From: Deltaproteobacteria bacterium
GTDB lineage: Bacteria; JAGRBM01; JAHCIT01
Reading direction: 5' to 3'
Length of the DNA stretch: 64,000 nucleotides
Assembly: GCA_026129095.1 (NCBI GenBank)
Contig: JAHCIT010000002.1
Span: 310,001-374,000 of the forward strand
Below the pieces are notes generated by a model. That model did no database searches. It worked only from the letters and a program-made list of their open reading frames with translations, and was not told the DNA's origin. Shown here piece after piece: positions 35,854-45,546 of this stretch. Each line of letters opens with the position of its first letter. The first letter of the stretch is position 1. The position numbers and the translations under genes are program-made.

Positions 35854-37107
35854 CTACCACCGGATATCAGCAATGACCGGATCGTGATCGGACGCCTTGC
35901 GTCCGCCGGGACGGAACCGTTCAAGAACGAGCGGCGCGAGGGCCCCGGAGGCCGGCTCCGGACCGGCCGGCGACAGGTTGCGGCCGGAAAACCAGTCCAC
36001 CTTCAACGGCGCCTTTCCGTTCCACGGTGCCAGCCTCCAGCGGAGCAGCTTCACGCCAATCAGGCCCACCTGGTCGCGGACGATATTGGCGGCTTCGGGG
36101 TCATCCACATCGTACAGGCTCGTGCTCTGCGCCAGATTGTTGAACTCCCGCCATGCGAATCCGTTCCGGACGGCCGTCTCGAAGATCTCGCGGTCATAGA
36201 TTTCATACGGGGTCATGTAGCTCGGCACTGCATGGGCAAACCCGCCGCGCAGGAACTTTTTCAGCAGGTTCCATGCCAGATGGAGCGGCGACTGGAGATC
36301 ATAGGTGCTGGTATTCCAGTCGCCGCCCACGATCACCGGTTTTCCGGCGCGGACCCCGTTGAGCCTTGAGAGCAGGTCATCCAGCTGGCGGGCCCTCCGC
36401 GCCGGCGAAGCCATCGAGTCCAGATGGACGGCGCCCACGGTCAGCGGACCGTGCGGGGTTCCAATGTCAGCCCAGAGAGCCTTCTTTACTCCGAACCGTT
36501 TTTCTGAGCTTCTGAACTTGTCCTTGGTCTCGTGGAGCGGAAGGTTTTCGGCGCACAGAACGGGGAAATGGGTGAGGATTGCATTGCCATGAAGGCCGAG
36601 GCTGTTTTCCTCGTCCGGCAGGTTGCCCCTTGCACCAATCACCGTCCCGTCCTTTCCCAGCATCAGGGTGTCACGGGGGTTTCCCCGGTCGAGGCAGAGG
36701 TAGTGATTTCCAAAGACGTAGTGCATCCCCATCCGCTCGGCGGCCAGACGGGCGATATTCCTCTGCCCGGAGCGGGCCATCCCGATATCAGCTTCGTTCA
36801 GTATTAAAACGTCAGCCGACTGCAGCAGTTCGTGGCCAAGGCCGCCGAAAACCGCCTCCAAACGCTTGCCTCTTTCGATATTCCACGCGGCCACCCGGAC
36901 GAAAGGCCGCGAAGGCCGCCTCACCGGCTCGGGGTTCAGCCAGTATTCAATTCCATCCGCCACGCGCTCCAGCTCCAGGCCATGTGCCTTCCACAACCCG
37001 CTGGCGAGCAGGGCCTTCCTGGTCCTGAACTTACGGATTTCAGGCACCACTGGCTGGAGCCGGTGGTCCAGGTCGAATGGCTCTTTCAGCGGAATGATTC
37101 CGGGCAA
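35854..37107 (-). CDS. Endonuclease/exonuclease/phosphatase family protein
   Basis: WNIERG, LNEAD, GNAIL, VHL, GGDWN and SDHDPV motifs. Confidence 0.88.
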   Translation of the reverse strand: MPGIIPLKEPFDLDHRLQPVVPEIRKFRTRKALLASGLWKAHGLELERVADGIEYWLNPEPVRRPSRPFVRVAAWNIERGKRLEAVFGGLGHELLQSADVLILNEADIGMARSGQRNIARLAAERMGMHYVFGNHYLCLDRGNPRDTLMLGKDGTVIGARGNLPDEENSLGLHGNAILTHFPVLCAENLPLHETKDKFRSSEKRFGVKKALWADIGTPHGPLTVGAVHLDSMASPARRARQLDDLLSRLNGVRAGKPVIVGGDWNTSTYDLQSPLHLAWNLLKKFLRGGFAHAVPSYMTPYEIYDREIFETAVRNGFAWREFNNLAQSTSLYDVDDPEAANIVRDQVGLIGVKLLRWRLAPWNGKAPLKVDWFSGRNLSPAGPEPASGALAPLVLERFRPGGRKASDHDPVIADIRW

Positions 37108-37119
37108 GGCGGCGATCTT

Positions 37120-38466
37120 TCAGCTGTCGGCGAGGAAACCGGCCACCAGGTCATAGAGCACCCTCGTGCCCCAGCCGAGCCCTTCCACCGGGATGCGCTC
37201 GTCATGTCCGTGGTAGAGCCGGGAGAAAACGAGCCCCGGCGGCATCCGGACCGGCGTGAAGCCGTAGCACTTGATTCCAAGCCGGTTGTAGCAGAAGGCA
37301 TCGGTAAAACCGGTGATCATGTAGGGCACCGGCAGGGCCCCGGGATCGGCGCGCTTCAGTGTGCTGACGATCGCATTGTACAGCGCAGTGCCCTGCGGGA
37401 ACACGTCACCCGGAGCGTACTTGAGCACCTCGATCTCGTAGTCATCGCCAATCACCGACTTGATCTCGGCAATGAGGTCATCAGCCGTCTGGCCGGGGAT
37501 GAGCCGGCCATCGAGATCAATCGATGCATGCGACGGAATCACGTTGATCTTCTTGCCGCCCTCGTAGATCGTCGGCGCGACGGTGTTGCGCAGCATTGCC
37601 CCCAGCGCCGCCGCCTGCCACGGATCCTGCCGGCCCACGATATTGAGGACCGCCCCGCCCAGTCTGCGGTTCAGTAGCTGAGGCAGCACGGCACTGCCCG
37701 GAAACTTCGTGAAGTCAGCCACCGTCCGGATGAAGTTCTCCACCACAGGGGTGTTGTGCTGCGGAAGCCGGACCGCCCCCAGTTTCGCCACGGCCGCGGC
37801 GAGCTTCACCGTTGCCATGTGGGAATGGGGCATGGAGCCATGCCCCGGCTCGCCCCGGGCGTGAAGGCGCATCCAGCAGATGCCCTTTTCGGACACCTGA
37901 ATCGGGTAGATGGTCCCCCGGTCCAGATGCATCGTGAAACCGCCCACCTCGGTGATGCAGTATTCGGCATCGATCTTCTCCGGATGCTTCTGCACCAGGA
38001 AGTCCGAGCCCAGCTCGGAACCGGCCTCCTCGTCGGCAACGCAGACAAGCTTCAGGTCGCGCCCGATCCTCACCCCCTCGCGCTTGAGGAGCAGCATCAC
38101 CATGAGCTGCATGGCAGCCATGTTTTTCATGTCGATGGCGCCGCGGCCCCAGATGAACCCGTCGTGGATTTCGCCACCAAACGGATCGTGGGTCCACATC
38201 TCCGGGTCCACCGCCACAACATCGAGATGGGCCGACAGCATCAGCGGCTTTCCGTGCCGGCCGGTGCCGGGGAGCGTGGCAACGAGATTCGCCCGTTCCG
38301 GCGCCGATTCGATGATTTCCGGCCGGATTCCCTCTGATTCCAGCACACTGGCCACATAGCGGGCAGCGGCCAGCTCGTTGCCGGGCGGGTTCACCGTATT
38401 GATCCGGATGAGATTCCGGAGGTGCTCCACCACTTCGTCCTGCGCCCTGTTCCAGTCTATCGCCAT
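37120..38466 (-). CDS. M20/M25/M40 family metallohydrolase
   Basis: HLDVV, GRGAIDMK, DEEAG, TEVGG, GFTD and HGHDER motifs. Confidence 0.93.
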   Translation of the reverse strand: MAIDWNRAQDEVVEHLRNLIRINTVNPPGNELAAARYVASVLESEGIRPEIIESAPERANLVATLPGTGRHGKPLMLSAHLDVVAVDPEMWTHDPFGGEIHDGFIWGRGAIDMKNMAAMQLMVMLLLKREGVRIGRDLKLVCVADEEAGSELGSDFLVQKHPEKIDAEYCITEVGGFTMHLDRGTIYPIQVSEKGICWMRLHARGEPGHGSMPHSHMATVKLAAAVAKLGAVRLPQHNTPVVENFIRTVADFTKFPGSAVLPQLLNRRLGGAVLNIVGRQDPWQAAALGAMLRNTVAPTIYEGGKKINVIPSHASIDLDGRLIPGQTADDLIAEIKSVIGDDYEIEVLKYAPGDVFPQGTALYNAIVSTLKRADPGALPVPYMITGFTDAFCYNRLGIKCYGFTPVRMPPGLVFSRLYHGHDERIPVEGLGWGTRVLYDLVAGFLADS

Positions 38467-38571
38467 AGGCGGGAAAGCCTACCACCGGGGCCGCTGGCCC
38501 GCCAGCCGGATGCGGGTTACCCTCTTCCCGGTTTCACGGAACAACCACAAGTCAGCAGAGGGCGGAGAGTC

Positions 38572-40170
38572 ATGGGTGCATCCAGGGAGATACTTGCCGA
38601 GGCAAAGCAGCGCGGGAAACTGCGGTCAGTCGATCCGGCCACCCTCGAAACCATCGCCGAACTGGACATCGCCACCGGCGCGCAGGTGGGTGAAGCCGTA
38701 GGCCGCGCCCGCGAAGCCGCCGCCACATGGAGTGCGACGACATTCGCCCAGCGGGCCCGGCACCTGAAAAACGTACAGGCCTGGGTAGTGGCCCACATGG
38801 ACGAGATCGCCGAGACGATCTCCAGGGAAAACGGCAAGCCGCTGGTCGAGGCGATTTCGGCCGACGTGATGCCGTTCGTGGATCTTGTCAGCTGGCTGCT
38901 CAGCGATGCCGCCGAGATACTCCGGCCCGAGGAAATTGCCCTCGACTGGAAGTGGACCGGACGGCTTTCCTACATCGAGTGGCAGCCCCGTGGTGTCATC
39001 GGGATCATCGCGCCGTGGAATTTTCCGTTCAATATACCGGCTGGCCAGACGGCGATGGCCCTGATGGCAGGCAACACCGTCGTCCTGAAGCCGTCGGAAT
39101 ACACGCCCGTCACCGGCGAATGGGTGGCCCGCGCCTTCAACGAGGCCGGACTCCCCAGGGACGTGGTTCAGGCCATGTCGGGCGATGGCAGCACCGGAGC
39201 CGCGCTGGTCGAAGCGGGCGTGAATCTCATCTGCTTCACAGGATCAGTCCCGACCGGCAAGAAGATCATGGCAGCGGCAGCCGGCCGGCTGACTCCCGTC
39301 TGTCTCGAACTCGGCGGCAAGGCACCGATGATCGTTTGCAGGGATGCCAACATCGAGGTTGCATCGAGTGCGGCCGTCTGGGGAGCGTTCACCAATTCCG
39401 GACAGGTCTGCGCATCGGTGGAACGGCTCTACATACACGAAAGCATCTACCAGCCGTTTCTGGACAAGGTGGTCGAGAAAACGAAACAGCTCCGGCAGGG
39501 GCCGTCACTTCCGGCCCAGGACAATGACGTGGGCCCCATGTGCACGCTGGAGGGACTGGAACGGGCCGAGCGGCAGGTGCGTGACGCACGGGAAATGGGT
39601 GCGGAGATCCTCACGGGGGGCCAGCGCCATCCAGAGCACAAGGGGTGGTTTTTCCAGCCGACGGTACTCGCCAGCGTCGATCACCGGTTCGAGTGTGTTA
39701 GTGCCGAAACCTTCGGTCCGTTATTGCCCGTCATGAAGTTTCATGACGAGGAGGAGGTGGTCCGTCTCGCCAACGACTCAACCGTCGGTCTCACGGCCAG
39801 CATCTGGTCGAAAGATCTCGACAGGGCGCGGATGCTCGCTTCGCGCATCGAGGCGGGCACGGTAATGGTCAATGCCAACGTCTATACCTATGCGGTTCCC
39901 CAGACCCCCTGGGGCGGACCCAAGGAGTCCGGCATCGGCCGCACCCACGGGGCACTCGGTCTCAAGGAGATGTGCGAGCCACATCACATCCATGTGAACC
40001 GGACGCACTTCCTGAAGGAACCGTTCTGGTTCCGCTACTCCCCCCAGCACGCCGGACTGTTCAAGAGTGCGGTCCGGATGCTGTGGGGTTCCGGGCTGGG
40101 TGCCCGACTGAAGGCTCTCGAAGGCCTTCTGGGTGGTATCCGGAAGCTTCCGCCCGGAAACCAGATCTGA
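38572..40170 (+). CDS. Aldehyde dehydrogenase
   Basis: PWNFP, KPSE, FTGS, LELGGK, GQVC and ETFGP motifs. Confidence 0.95.
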   Translation: MGASREILAEAKQRGKLRSVDPATLETIAELDIATGAQVGEAVGRAREAAATWSATTFAQRARHLKNVQAWVVAHMDEIAETISRENGKPLVEAISADVMPFVDLVSWLLSDAAEILRPEEIALDWKWTGRLSYIEWQPRGVIGIIAPWNFPFNIPAGQTAMALMAGNTVVLKPSEYTPVTGEWVARAFNEAGLPRDVVQAMSGDGSTGAALVEAGVNLICFTGSVPTGKKIMAAAAGRLTPVCLELGGKAPMIVCRDANIEVASSAAVWGAFTNSGQVCASVERLYIHESIYQPFLDKVVEKTKQLRQGPSLPAQDNDVGPMCTLEGLERAERQVRDAREMGAEILTGGQRHPEHKGWFFQPTVLASVDHRFECVSAETFGPLLPVMKFHDEEEVVRLANDSTVGLTASIWSKDLDRARMLASRIEAGTVMVNANVYTYAVPQTPWGGPKESGIGRTHGALGLKEMCEPHHIHVNRTHFLKEPFWFRYSPQHAGLFKSAVRMLWGSGLGARLKALEGLLGGIRKLPPGNQI

Positions 40171-40278
40171 CAGTTGTCATATGGGCCGCGGAATAATCGC
40201 CATCCACTGACCGAGGTCAGTTTCCGCGTCCCGGAACCGCTCTACCGTGGACTCCAGAGACCGGGCTGAACTTGGTCA
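40168..40278. promoter_or_regulatory. Three TGA-N6-TCA boxes upstream of the Rrf2 gene
   Basis: TGACAGTTGTCA at 40168, ACTGACCGAGGTCAGT at 40206-40221 and TGAACTTGGTCA at 40267. Confidence 0.45.
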
Positions 40279-40375
40279 TGTGGAGGACACGGAAATGGGA
40301 ACCGGTTTTCAGGCAGGAATACTGCACCCCCAGCTCCCGGATCCTTCCAGCATCACGGGCCCGCGGAGAGCGATT

Positions 40376-40807
40376 GTGAGACTGACCCGACACGGCGAAT
40401 ACGCCATTCGAGCTACCCTGTACCTGGCGAGTCTACCGGCCGGAAAGCTCGCCTCGATCACCGAGATTGCCTCCAAAGAGCACATTCCGCGGAACTTCCT
40501 GGCAAAAATCCTCAAGGATCTGCAGCGAGCCGGGATTCTCAAGTCATTTCCCGGTGCGGCGGGCGGTTACCGGCTCGCCCGAGATACCGGCAGCATCACT
40601 TTCAGGATGATTATCGAAGCAGGGCAGGGTGCAGGCGACGATGGGGATGATGATAACGGGCATGCCGACGCCCGCCCCATGACCCTGTCGATATTCAGCC
40701 GCTGGAGCGAGGCAAACGAGGCCTTCAACCGCATCCTTGAAAACACGCGGCTGTCAGACCTTCCCCCCTGGATCCCGCCTTCCGGAGGGGATGAAGCAAA
40801 GCACTGA
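40376..40807 (+). CDS. Rrf2 family transcriptional regulator (no cysteines)
   Basis: RLTRHGEYAIRA...EIASKEHIPRNFLAKILKDL...GAAGGYRLAR; GTG start after GGAGAG. Confidence 0.9.
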   Translation: MRLTRHGEYAIRATLYLASLPAGKLASITEIASKEHIPRNFLAKILKDLQRAGILKSFPGAAGGYRLARDTGSITFRMIIEAGQGAGDDGDDDNGHADARPMTLSIFSRWSEANEAFNRILENTRLSDLPPWIPPSGGDEAKH

Positions 40808-40824
40808 AAAGCGGACTGCCCCTG

Positions 40825-42162
40825 CTAGTTGCGCGAAAGCACCGGTTCGTCCGCCTTCAGCGCGGAAGTCTGGATATTCACAGGCGCGTTGAATGCACGG
40901 TAGAATCCGCTGCCGCCTCCCTCGGGAAAACCCGGAAGGGCGATTGCCAGTCCCCGGACGATGTATTTGCGGGCCTTCAGGTTTTCCCAGCCGAGGAACT
41001 GGTATCCTAGTTCCGGCAGGCCGCCGGGAACCCGTTCAGGCGGACGGGTGGATATCTCCGAATCGATGAACAGCGCCGACGACTGGCCGCGCATCTCAGG
41101 ATCAACCTCCACCACGCCGATCAGGTTGAGCCCAAGCCCGTTGGCCATGTACCAGGGTTCGCTGCCCATCGAGAGCGAGCGGTCGCTGTCCAGCATCTTC
41201 CCGTCAACCACAGTACCCTTCGGAACCTGCTGCGTTGAAACGGTCAGCCCTTTCAGGCTCTGGAAGTCCATCGTGACCGTCATGTCCATGGAGGCGGTGA
41301 ACATCGCCGCCATCTTGGGAAAGTCATAGAGGCCCGTCACGACCAGCATCCGGTCGTAGTGCAGGCAGGTAATGGCGGCTTCGATCGGGAAGCCTGGAAC
41401 CGGGGTTGCGACCGTCCTCAGCTCCCGGATAACCCGTACGGGACCGGCACGGACCCCGAGCAGCCGTGCCTCGATGTCGTTTTCGGTCACCGTCAGTGTC
41501 AGCAGGTTGCCGATGGTCTTCGCCTGGAAGCGGAACTTGAGCCGGTCCAGGATATTCTCGGTCTCGCGCCCCCGGAGATCACGGGTTTTCATCTCGTTCA
41601 GGATTGCCGGATGCGCCGAGTCCCACGCCAGCGTGAGCGAACTGCTGGTGATCCGGTCCGCTGCCGGTTCATACCTGACCATAAATTCGTCCGGCGCAAG
41701 ACCCCGCTCGGCGATCAGGAAATACATAACGGCCGGTGCGTCCAGATAGTGCACCCGGGTTTCTGACCGGATCACTGTTCCCCGGACCGATGACAGCAGC
41801 GCGGCGGGACAGTCCGTGCCCCAGTCGCGAAGCATCGTCACGATCTCGTCATTTTCATCAATGATCCCGGGACTGTCGTCCCGTGCGATACCGGACCCGA
41901 AGTTCGGCACATACCGGCCAGCCGCATTGATCTCGTCTACCTGGAACGTGAGCGGCGTCAGCCTGCCCGCCTCGTTGCACCTGAATGCGGATAACTGGGT
42001 GACCGAGATCCCCAGGAGCGGCTTCAGGGCCGCGCCATTCAGGACGGCCGGAATGACTGACAGGTTGTTTTCCTGCCGGCGGGCGTGCGCCTCGCCGGCA
42101 ACCGCCAGCATCAGTGCGAGCACCAGAAGCCGTATTCCCCCGCTCCCCATCATCTCCCGCAT
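40825..42162 (-). CDS. Hypothetical secreted protein
   Basis: Signal peptide ending AHA; PLTFQVDE...GIIDENDEIV motif. Start uncertain. Confidence 0.7.
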   Translation of the reverse strand: MREMMGSGGIRLLVLALMLAVAGEAHARRQENNLSVIPAVLNGAALKPLLGISVTQLSAFRCNEAGRLTPLTFQVDEINAAGRYVPNFGSGIARDDSPGIIDENDEIVTMLRDWGTDCPAALLSSVRGTVIRSETRVHYLDAPAVMYFLIAERGLAPDEFMVRYEPAADRITSSSLTLAWDSAHPAILNEMKTRDLRGRETENILDRLKFRFQAKTIGNLLTLTVTENDIEARLLGVRAGPVRVIRELRTVATPVPGFPIEAAITCLHYDRMLVVTGLYDFPKMAAMFTASMDMTVTMDFQSLKGLTVSTQQVPKGTVVDGKMLDSDRSLSMGSEPWYMANGLGLNLIGVVEVDPEMRGQSSALFIDSEISTRPPERVPGGLPELGYQFLGWENLKARKYIVRGLAIALPGFPEGGGSGFYRAFNAPVNIQTSALKADEPVLSRN

Positions 42163-42309
42163 TGTCCCTGCCCTCCCCAAAATGACACCCGCATCACTAT
42201 CCTGCACAAGACAGGAGCCTGTCAATAAGAATAGTAATGTCTTAATTTGTTTATTATCCATGCCGGTCTTTGCTGGCCCCCGTCCACCAGAGACGGTAGA
42301 TATCCGCCC

Positions 42310-43251
42310 ATGAAAATCACCGTGGTTGGATCAGGCGGAGTGGGCGGATACTACGGCGGGCGGCTGGCACTCGCCGGTGCAGACGTGACTTTCGTCGCCC
42401 GTGGCGCACACAAGGCAGCCATCAATGCCGGCGGCCTCCAGCTCGAACTCACTGGCGAAAACCGGACCGAGACAGTGCGCTCCCCGGCGCGGGAACTTTC
42501 CGAGCTTGCCGGACCACTCGACCTCGTTCTCTACTGCATCAAGACGACCCAGGATGCGGAGCTGCTTCCGGCGCTTGCCTCGCTCTGCGGTCCCACGACC
42601 TGGATACTCCCGCTGCAGAACGGGGTCGAGGCGGAGGAAAAGCTGAAGAAAGTCTGTCCCGGGGCGCAGATCCTTGGCGGTACCTGTTACGTGAGCGCCC
42701 TGCTGGAAGGCCCCGGCAAGGTCCGCCACTACGGGTCGGGGCTTGTGACGGCGGGCGACATCGGGATGTCGGGCAGCGGGACAGCCGGGAAGCTGGAAGC
42801 GATCCGGGATCTGTTCAACCGGGCAAAGATACCAACCAGCATTTCGGCCAATATCCGGCTGGACAAGTGGCGAAAGCTCGTCTGGAACGCGGGACTGAAT
42901 CCCCTGACGGCGCTCACCAACCTGCTGGCCACCGACGTCATCACCAATCCCGACACACGCCAGCTCGCCCGCGACGGCATGATCGAATGCATCCGCGTGG
43001 CGCAGGCCCTCGATCTCCCGCTCACGGATGCGGATGCCGACCGGCACCTCGCTGGCACGGCAACGATCAAGACGGTGCCGACATCCATGCTCTCGGACCG
43101 GCGCGCCGGCAAGCCCGTGGAGATCGACGCCATTTCAGGCCCGATCATCAGGAACGGCGAAAAGCATTCGATCTCCACGCCAGTGGCCCGGATGTACCTG
43201 ACCCTGCTGTCCGGCTATAACCGCTCGCTGGAGTCCGCCGGCAAACCGTAG
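42310..43251 (+). CDS. panE: 2-dehydropantoate 2-reductase
   Basis: GSGGVGG, LQNG, WRKLVWN, SMLSD and EIDAISG motifs. Confidence 0.9.
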   Translation: MKITVVGSGGVGGYYGGRLALAGADVTFVARGAHKAAINAGGLQLELTGENRTETVRSPARELSELAGPLDLVLYCIKTTQDAELLPALASLCGPTTWILPLQNGVEAEEKLKKVCPGAQILGGTCYVSALLEGPGKVRHYGSGLVTAGDIGMSGSGTAGKLEAIRDLFNRAKIPTSISANIRLDKWRKLVWNAGLNPLTALTNLLATDVITNPDTRQLARDGMIECIRVAQALDLPLTDADADRHLAGTATIKTVPTSMLSDRRAGKPVEIDAISGPIIRNGEKHSISTPVARMYLTLLSGYNRSLESAGKP

Positions 43252-43294
43252 CCAGAGGCCGGACGCAACAGGCCGGGCTATCGATGGAAGCCCG

Positions 43295-43720
43295 TCAGTG
43301 CGGTTCCGGAGCGGAACCTCCCGGAAACACGGCGATCTTCTTGACGATCTTTTCGAGCAGCTTCAGGCAGTCTTCATCGGCATCCACGAAATGAACACCC
43401 ATGCCGGATCCGCCGGGCCCGGTCGTTTCATCACCGGTAGAAGTCCAGACAACTTCCCCCAGCACCTTCACGTGCTGGGCCTTCTGGCCCTCTGACAACT
43501 CGGGCGGCAGCCGGAACACCAGCTCCAGCTTGGTGCCAACGGCAAGCGGATGGGAGGTTTCCAGGAATATCCCAGACGAGGAAAAATCGCGGCCGTATTC
43601 CAGAAGGAAATCGTCGGCCTCGCCGCTCATCTGCCCCACCGGCCGGTGCCGGATGGGAAACGACAGCCGGTGGCGCTTGGCGCGCCGCCTCTCAACGAAC
43701 ATGGTCAGACGATCCGCCAT
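43295..43720 (-). CDS. Stand-alone PilZ domain protein (TIGR02266-like)
   Basis: RRAKR (RxxxR), DFSSSG (DxSxxG), GEVVW and GMGVHF. Confidence 0.88.
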   Translation of the reverse strand: MADRLTMFVERRRAKRHRLSFPIRHRPVGQMSGEADDFLLEYGRDFSSSGIFLETSHPLAVGTKLELVFRLPPELSEGQKAQHVKVLGEVVWTSTGDETTGPGGSGMGVHFVDADEDCLKLLEKIVKKIAVFPGGSAPEPH

Positions 43721-43868
43721 CCGGCTCCTCGGTCAATGCTCCAACGGTCCCTGAGTCCAAGCCTTACGAGCCCATCGGGCGAGGTCAACCCCGGCGTCCA
43801 TTTCCGGACGAACTCCTGTTCGGTAAATGACCGGATGCGAACCCCTCTGGCTTTCGCTACGCTTGGGA

Positions 43869-44909
43869 ATGATGCAAAGACCGTTCGTTGTTTGTACGTC
43901 GCTTCTTTTGTTCATGTCCGCTGCCCGTGCAGCGGCTTCTCCACTGGAAACAGCACAGGTGCTCCGGCATCACACCGGCGCCATCCAGGAACTGATCCTC
44001 GACGAAACAGGCTCACGGATTGTTTCATCCGACTCGGCCGGATGGGTGGCTTACTGGGACACGGGCGCAAACGAGCCGCTCTGGTCGCAGAAGGCGATGG
44101 GAGTCCGGCTGACCGGCATTTCGGCCAGCGCGGATCTTGGCGAGCTTGTGGCTGGCGGCTGCGCCGAGGAGGCGGCCTTCGAGCCCTCACGCTGGCAGAT
44201 CATCCGGTGGAAGATGCCCGGCGGCGACCGCCTGTCTGTGCTGGACGGATTCGCGCAGTCATTCGACCGGCTGGTGGTATCGTCCGGCCTCAGGCATGCC
44301 GCCCTGGTGGCATGCGGCCAACGGACCGGAAGCGAGTGCCTGCAACCCGATATCACCCTGCTTCAGCCACCCACCTGGCGGCCGCATGGCCAGCCGGCTG
44401 GACCACGCGAGCGGATCACGGAGCTCAGGTTCTCGCCATCCGGAAACATTCTGCTCGCCGCCGGCTGTGATGCCGTCAATCATGATCGCACCTGCTCAAG
44501 CCCGGTGATCCGGCTGATCGAGAGTTCCACGGGAGAGGAACAGACTGCCCTGAAACCCGCTGCGATCGTAAATGCGGCGGCCTTCACGGCAGACGGCAGC
44601 CAGTTCTTCACAGCGGCCAGTGACGGGAGCGTCGAGCTATGGGACATCGCAACCCGGAAAAGCCTGCGCCGGTTTCAGGGCGGCCGGGCGGCCGCAACAG
44701 CGGCGGCTGTTTCCCCCGACGGGAAACAGCTCGCCTGGGGAACCTATGACGGAGGGCTGTGGACCTGGAAGCCCGATACGGGAAAAGCACCCATCCGGAC
44801 GGAAATCCGCACGGGTCCAATCCATGCGCTCGCATTTTCAGGGGATGCGACGAAACTTGCTGCCGGGGGCGCCGACCGGCTGATCCGGATTTACCGCGTC
44901 ACACCCTGA
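43869..44909 (+). CDS. Secreted WD40 beta-propeller protein
   Basis: Signal peptide; repeats such as AAFTADG...DGSVELWD and AVSPDG...LWTW. Confidence 0.82.
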   Translation: MMQRPFVVCTSLLLFMSAARAAASPLETAQVLRHHTGAIQELILDETGSRIVSSDSAGWVAYWDTGANEPLWSQKAMGVRLTGISASADLGELVAGGCAEEAAFEPSRWQIIRWKMPGGDRLSVLDGFAQSFDRLVVSSGLRHAALVACGQRTGSECLQPDITLLQPPTWRPHGQPAGPRERITELRFSPSGNILLAAGCDAVNHDRTCSSPVIRLIESSTGEEQTALKPAAIVNAAAFTADGSQFFTAASDGSVELWDIATRKSLRRFQGGRAAATAAAVSPDGKQLAWGTYDGGLWTWKPDTGKAPIRTEIRTGPIHALAFSGDATKLAAGGADRLIRIYRVTP

Positions 44910-44916
44910 GAACCGT

Positions 44917-45546
44917 TCAGGCCCGCTGCGGTGTGAGTATCTTCACCCGGCGTCCGTCGATCACAAGCCGTTTCTGGGCAAAAAGCCGGACGGCTTCCGG
45001 ATAAATCCGGTACTCTTCCTCATGAACGCGGGTAGCCAGCGATTCAGGGGTATCGTCGTCGTAGACGGGCACTGTCGCCTGGAGAATGATCGGTCCAGTG
45101 TCGACGCCTTCATCAACGAAGTGAACCGTGCAGCCCGAATAGCGGACCCCGTAATCGATCACCTGCTCATGGATCCGTATGCCCGGAAAAGCCGGCAGCA
45201 GGGACGGATGGATGTTGATGATCCGGCGGGCGTACGCACGCAGGAACACGGGCGAGAGTACGCGCATGAACCCGGCGAGACAGATGAGGTCGGGCTGGTA
45301 TTTGTCCAGCCGGGAGAGCAGTTCCTGGTCGTAGGCCTCCCGCGTGGGAAATGCCTTGTGCTCGGCGATCTCGACCGGAATGCCGACACGCCGGGCCCGT
45401 TCGATGACAAATGCCTGGGGATTGTTCGTGACCAGACAGACGATCTGAACGCCGATTTCCTTCAGGACGCTTGAATCCTGGATCGCCTGGAAATTGGACC
45501 CATAGCCGCTAGCCATGATGGCCACCTTCAGTTTTCCCTCTAGCAT
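44917..45546 (-). CDS. purN: Phosphoribosylglycinamide formyltransferase
   Basis: SGYGSNFQA, LAGFMR, NIHPSLLP and GCTVHFVDEGVDTGPII. Confidence 0.97.
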   Translation of the reverse strand: MLEGKLKVAIMASGYGSNFQAIQDSSVLKEIGVQIVCLVTNNPQAFVIERARRVGIPVEIAEHKAFPTREAYDQELLSRLDKYQPDLICLAGFMRVLSPVFLRAYARRIINIHPSLLPAFPGIRIHEQVIDYGVRYSGCTVHFVDEGVDTGPIILQATVPVYDDDTPESLATRVHEEEYRIYPEAVRLFAQKRLVIDGRRVKILTPQRA

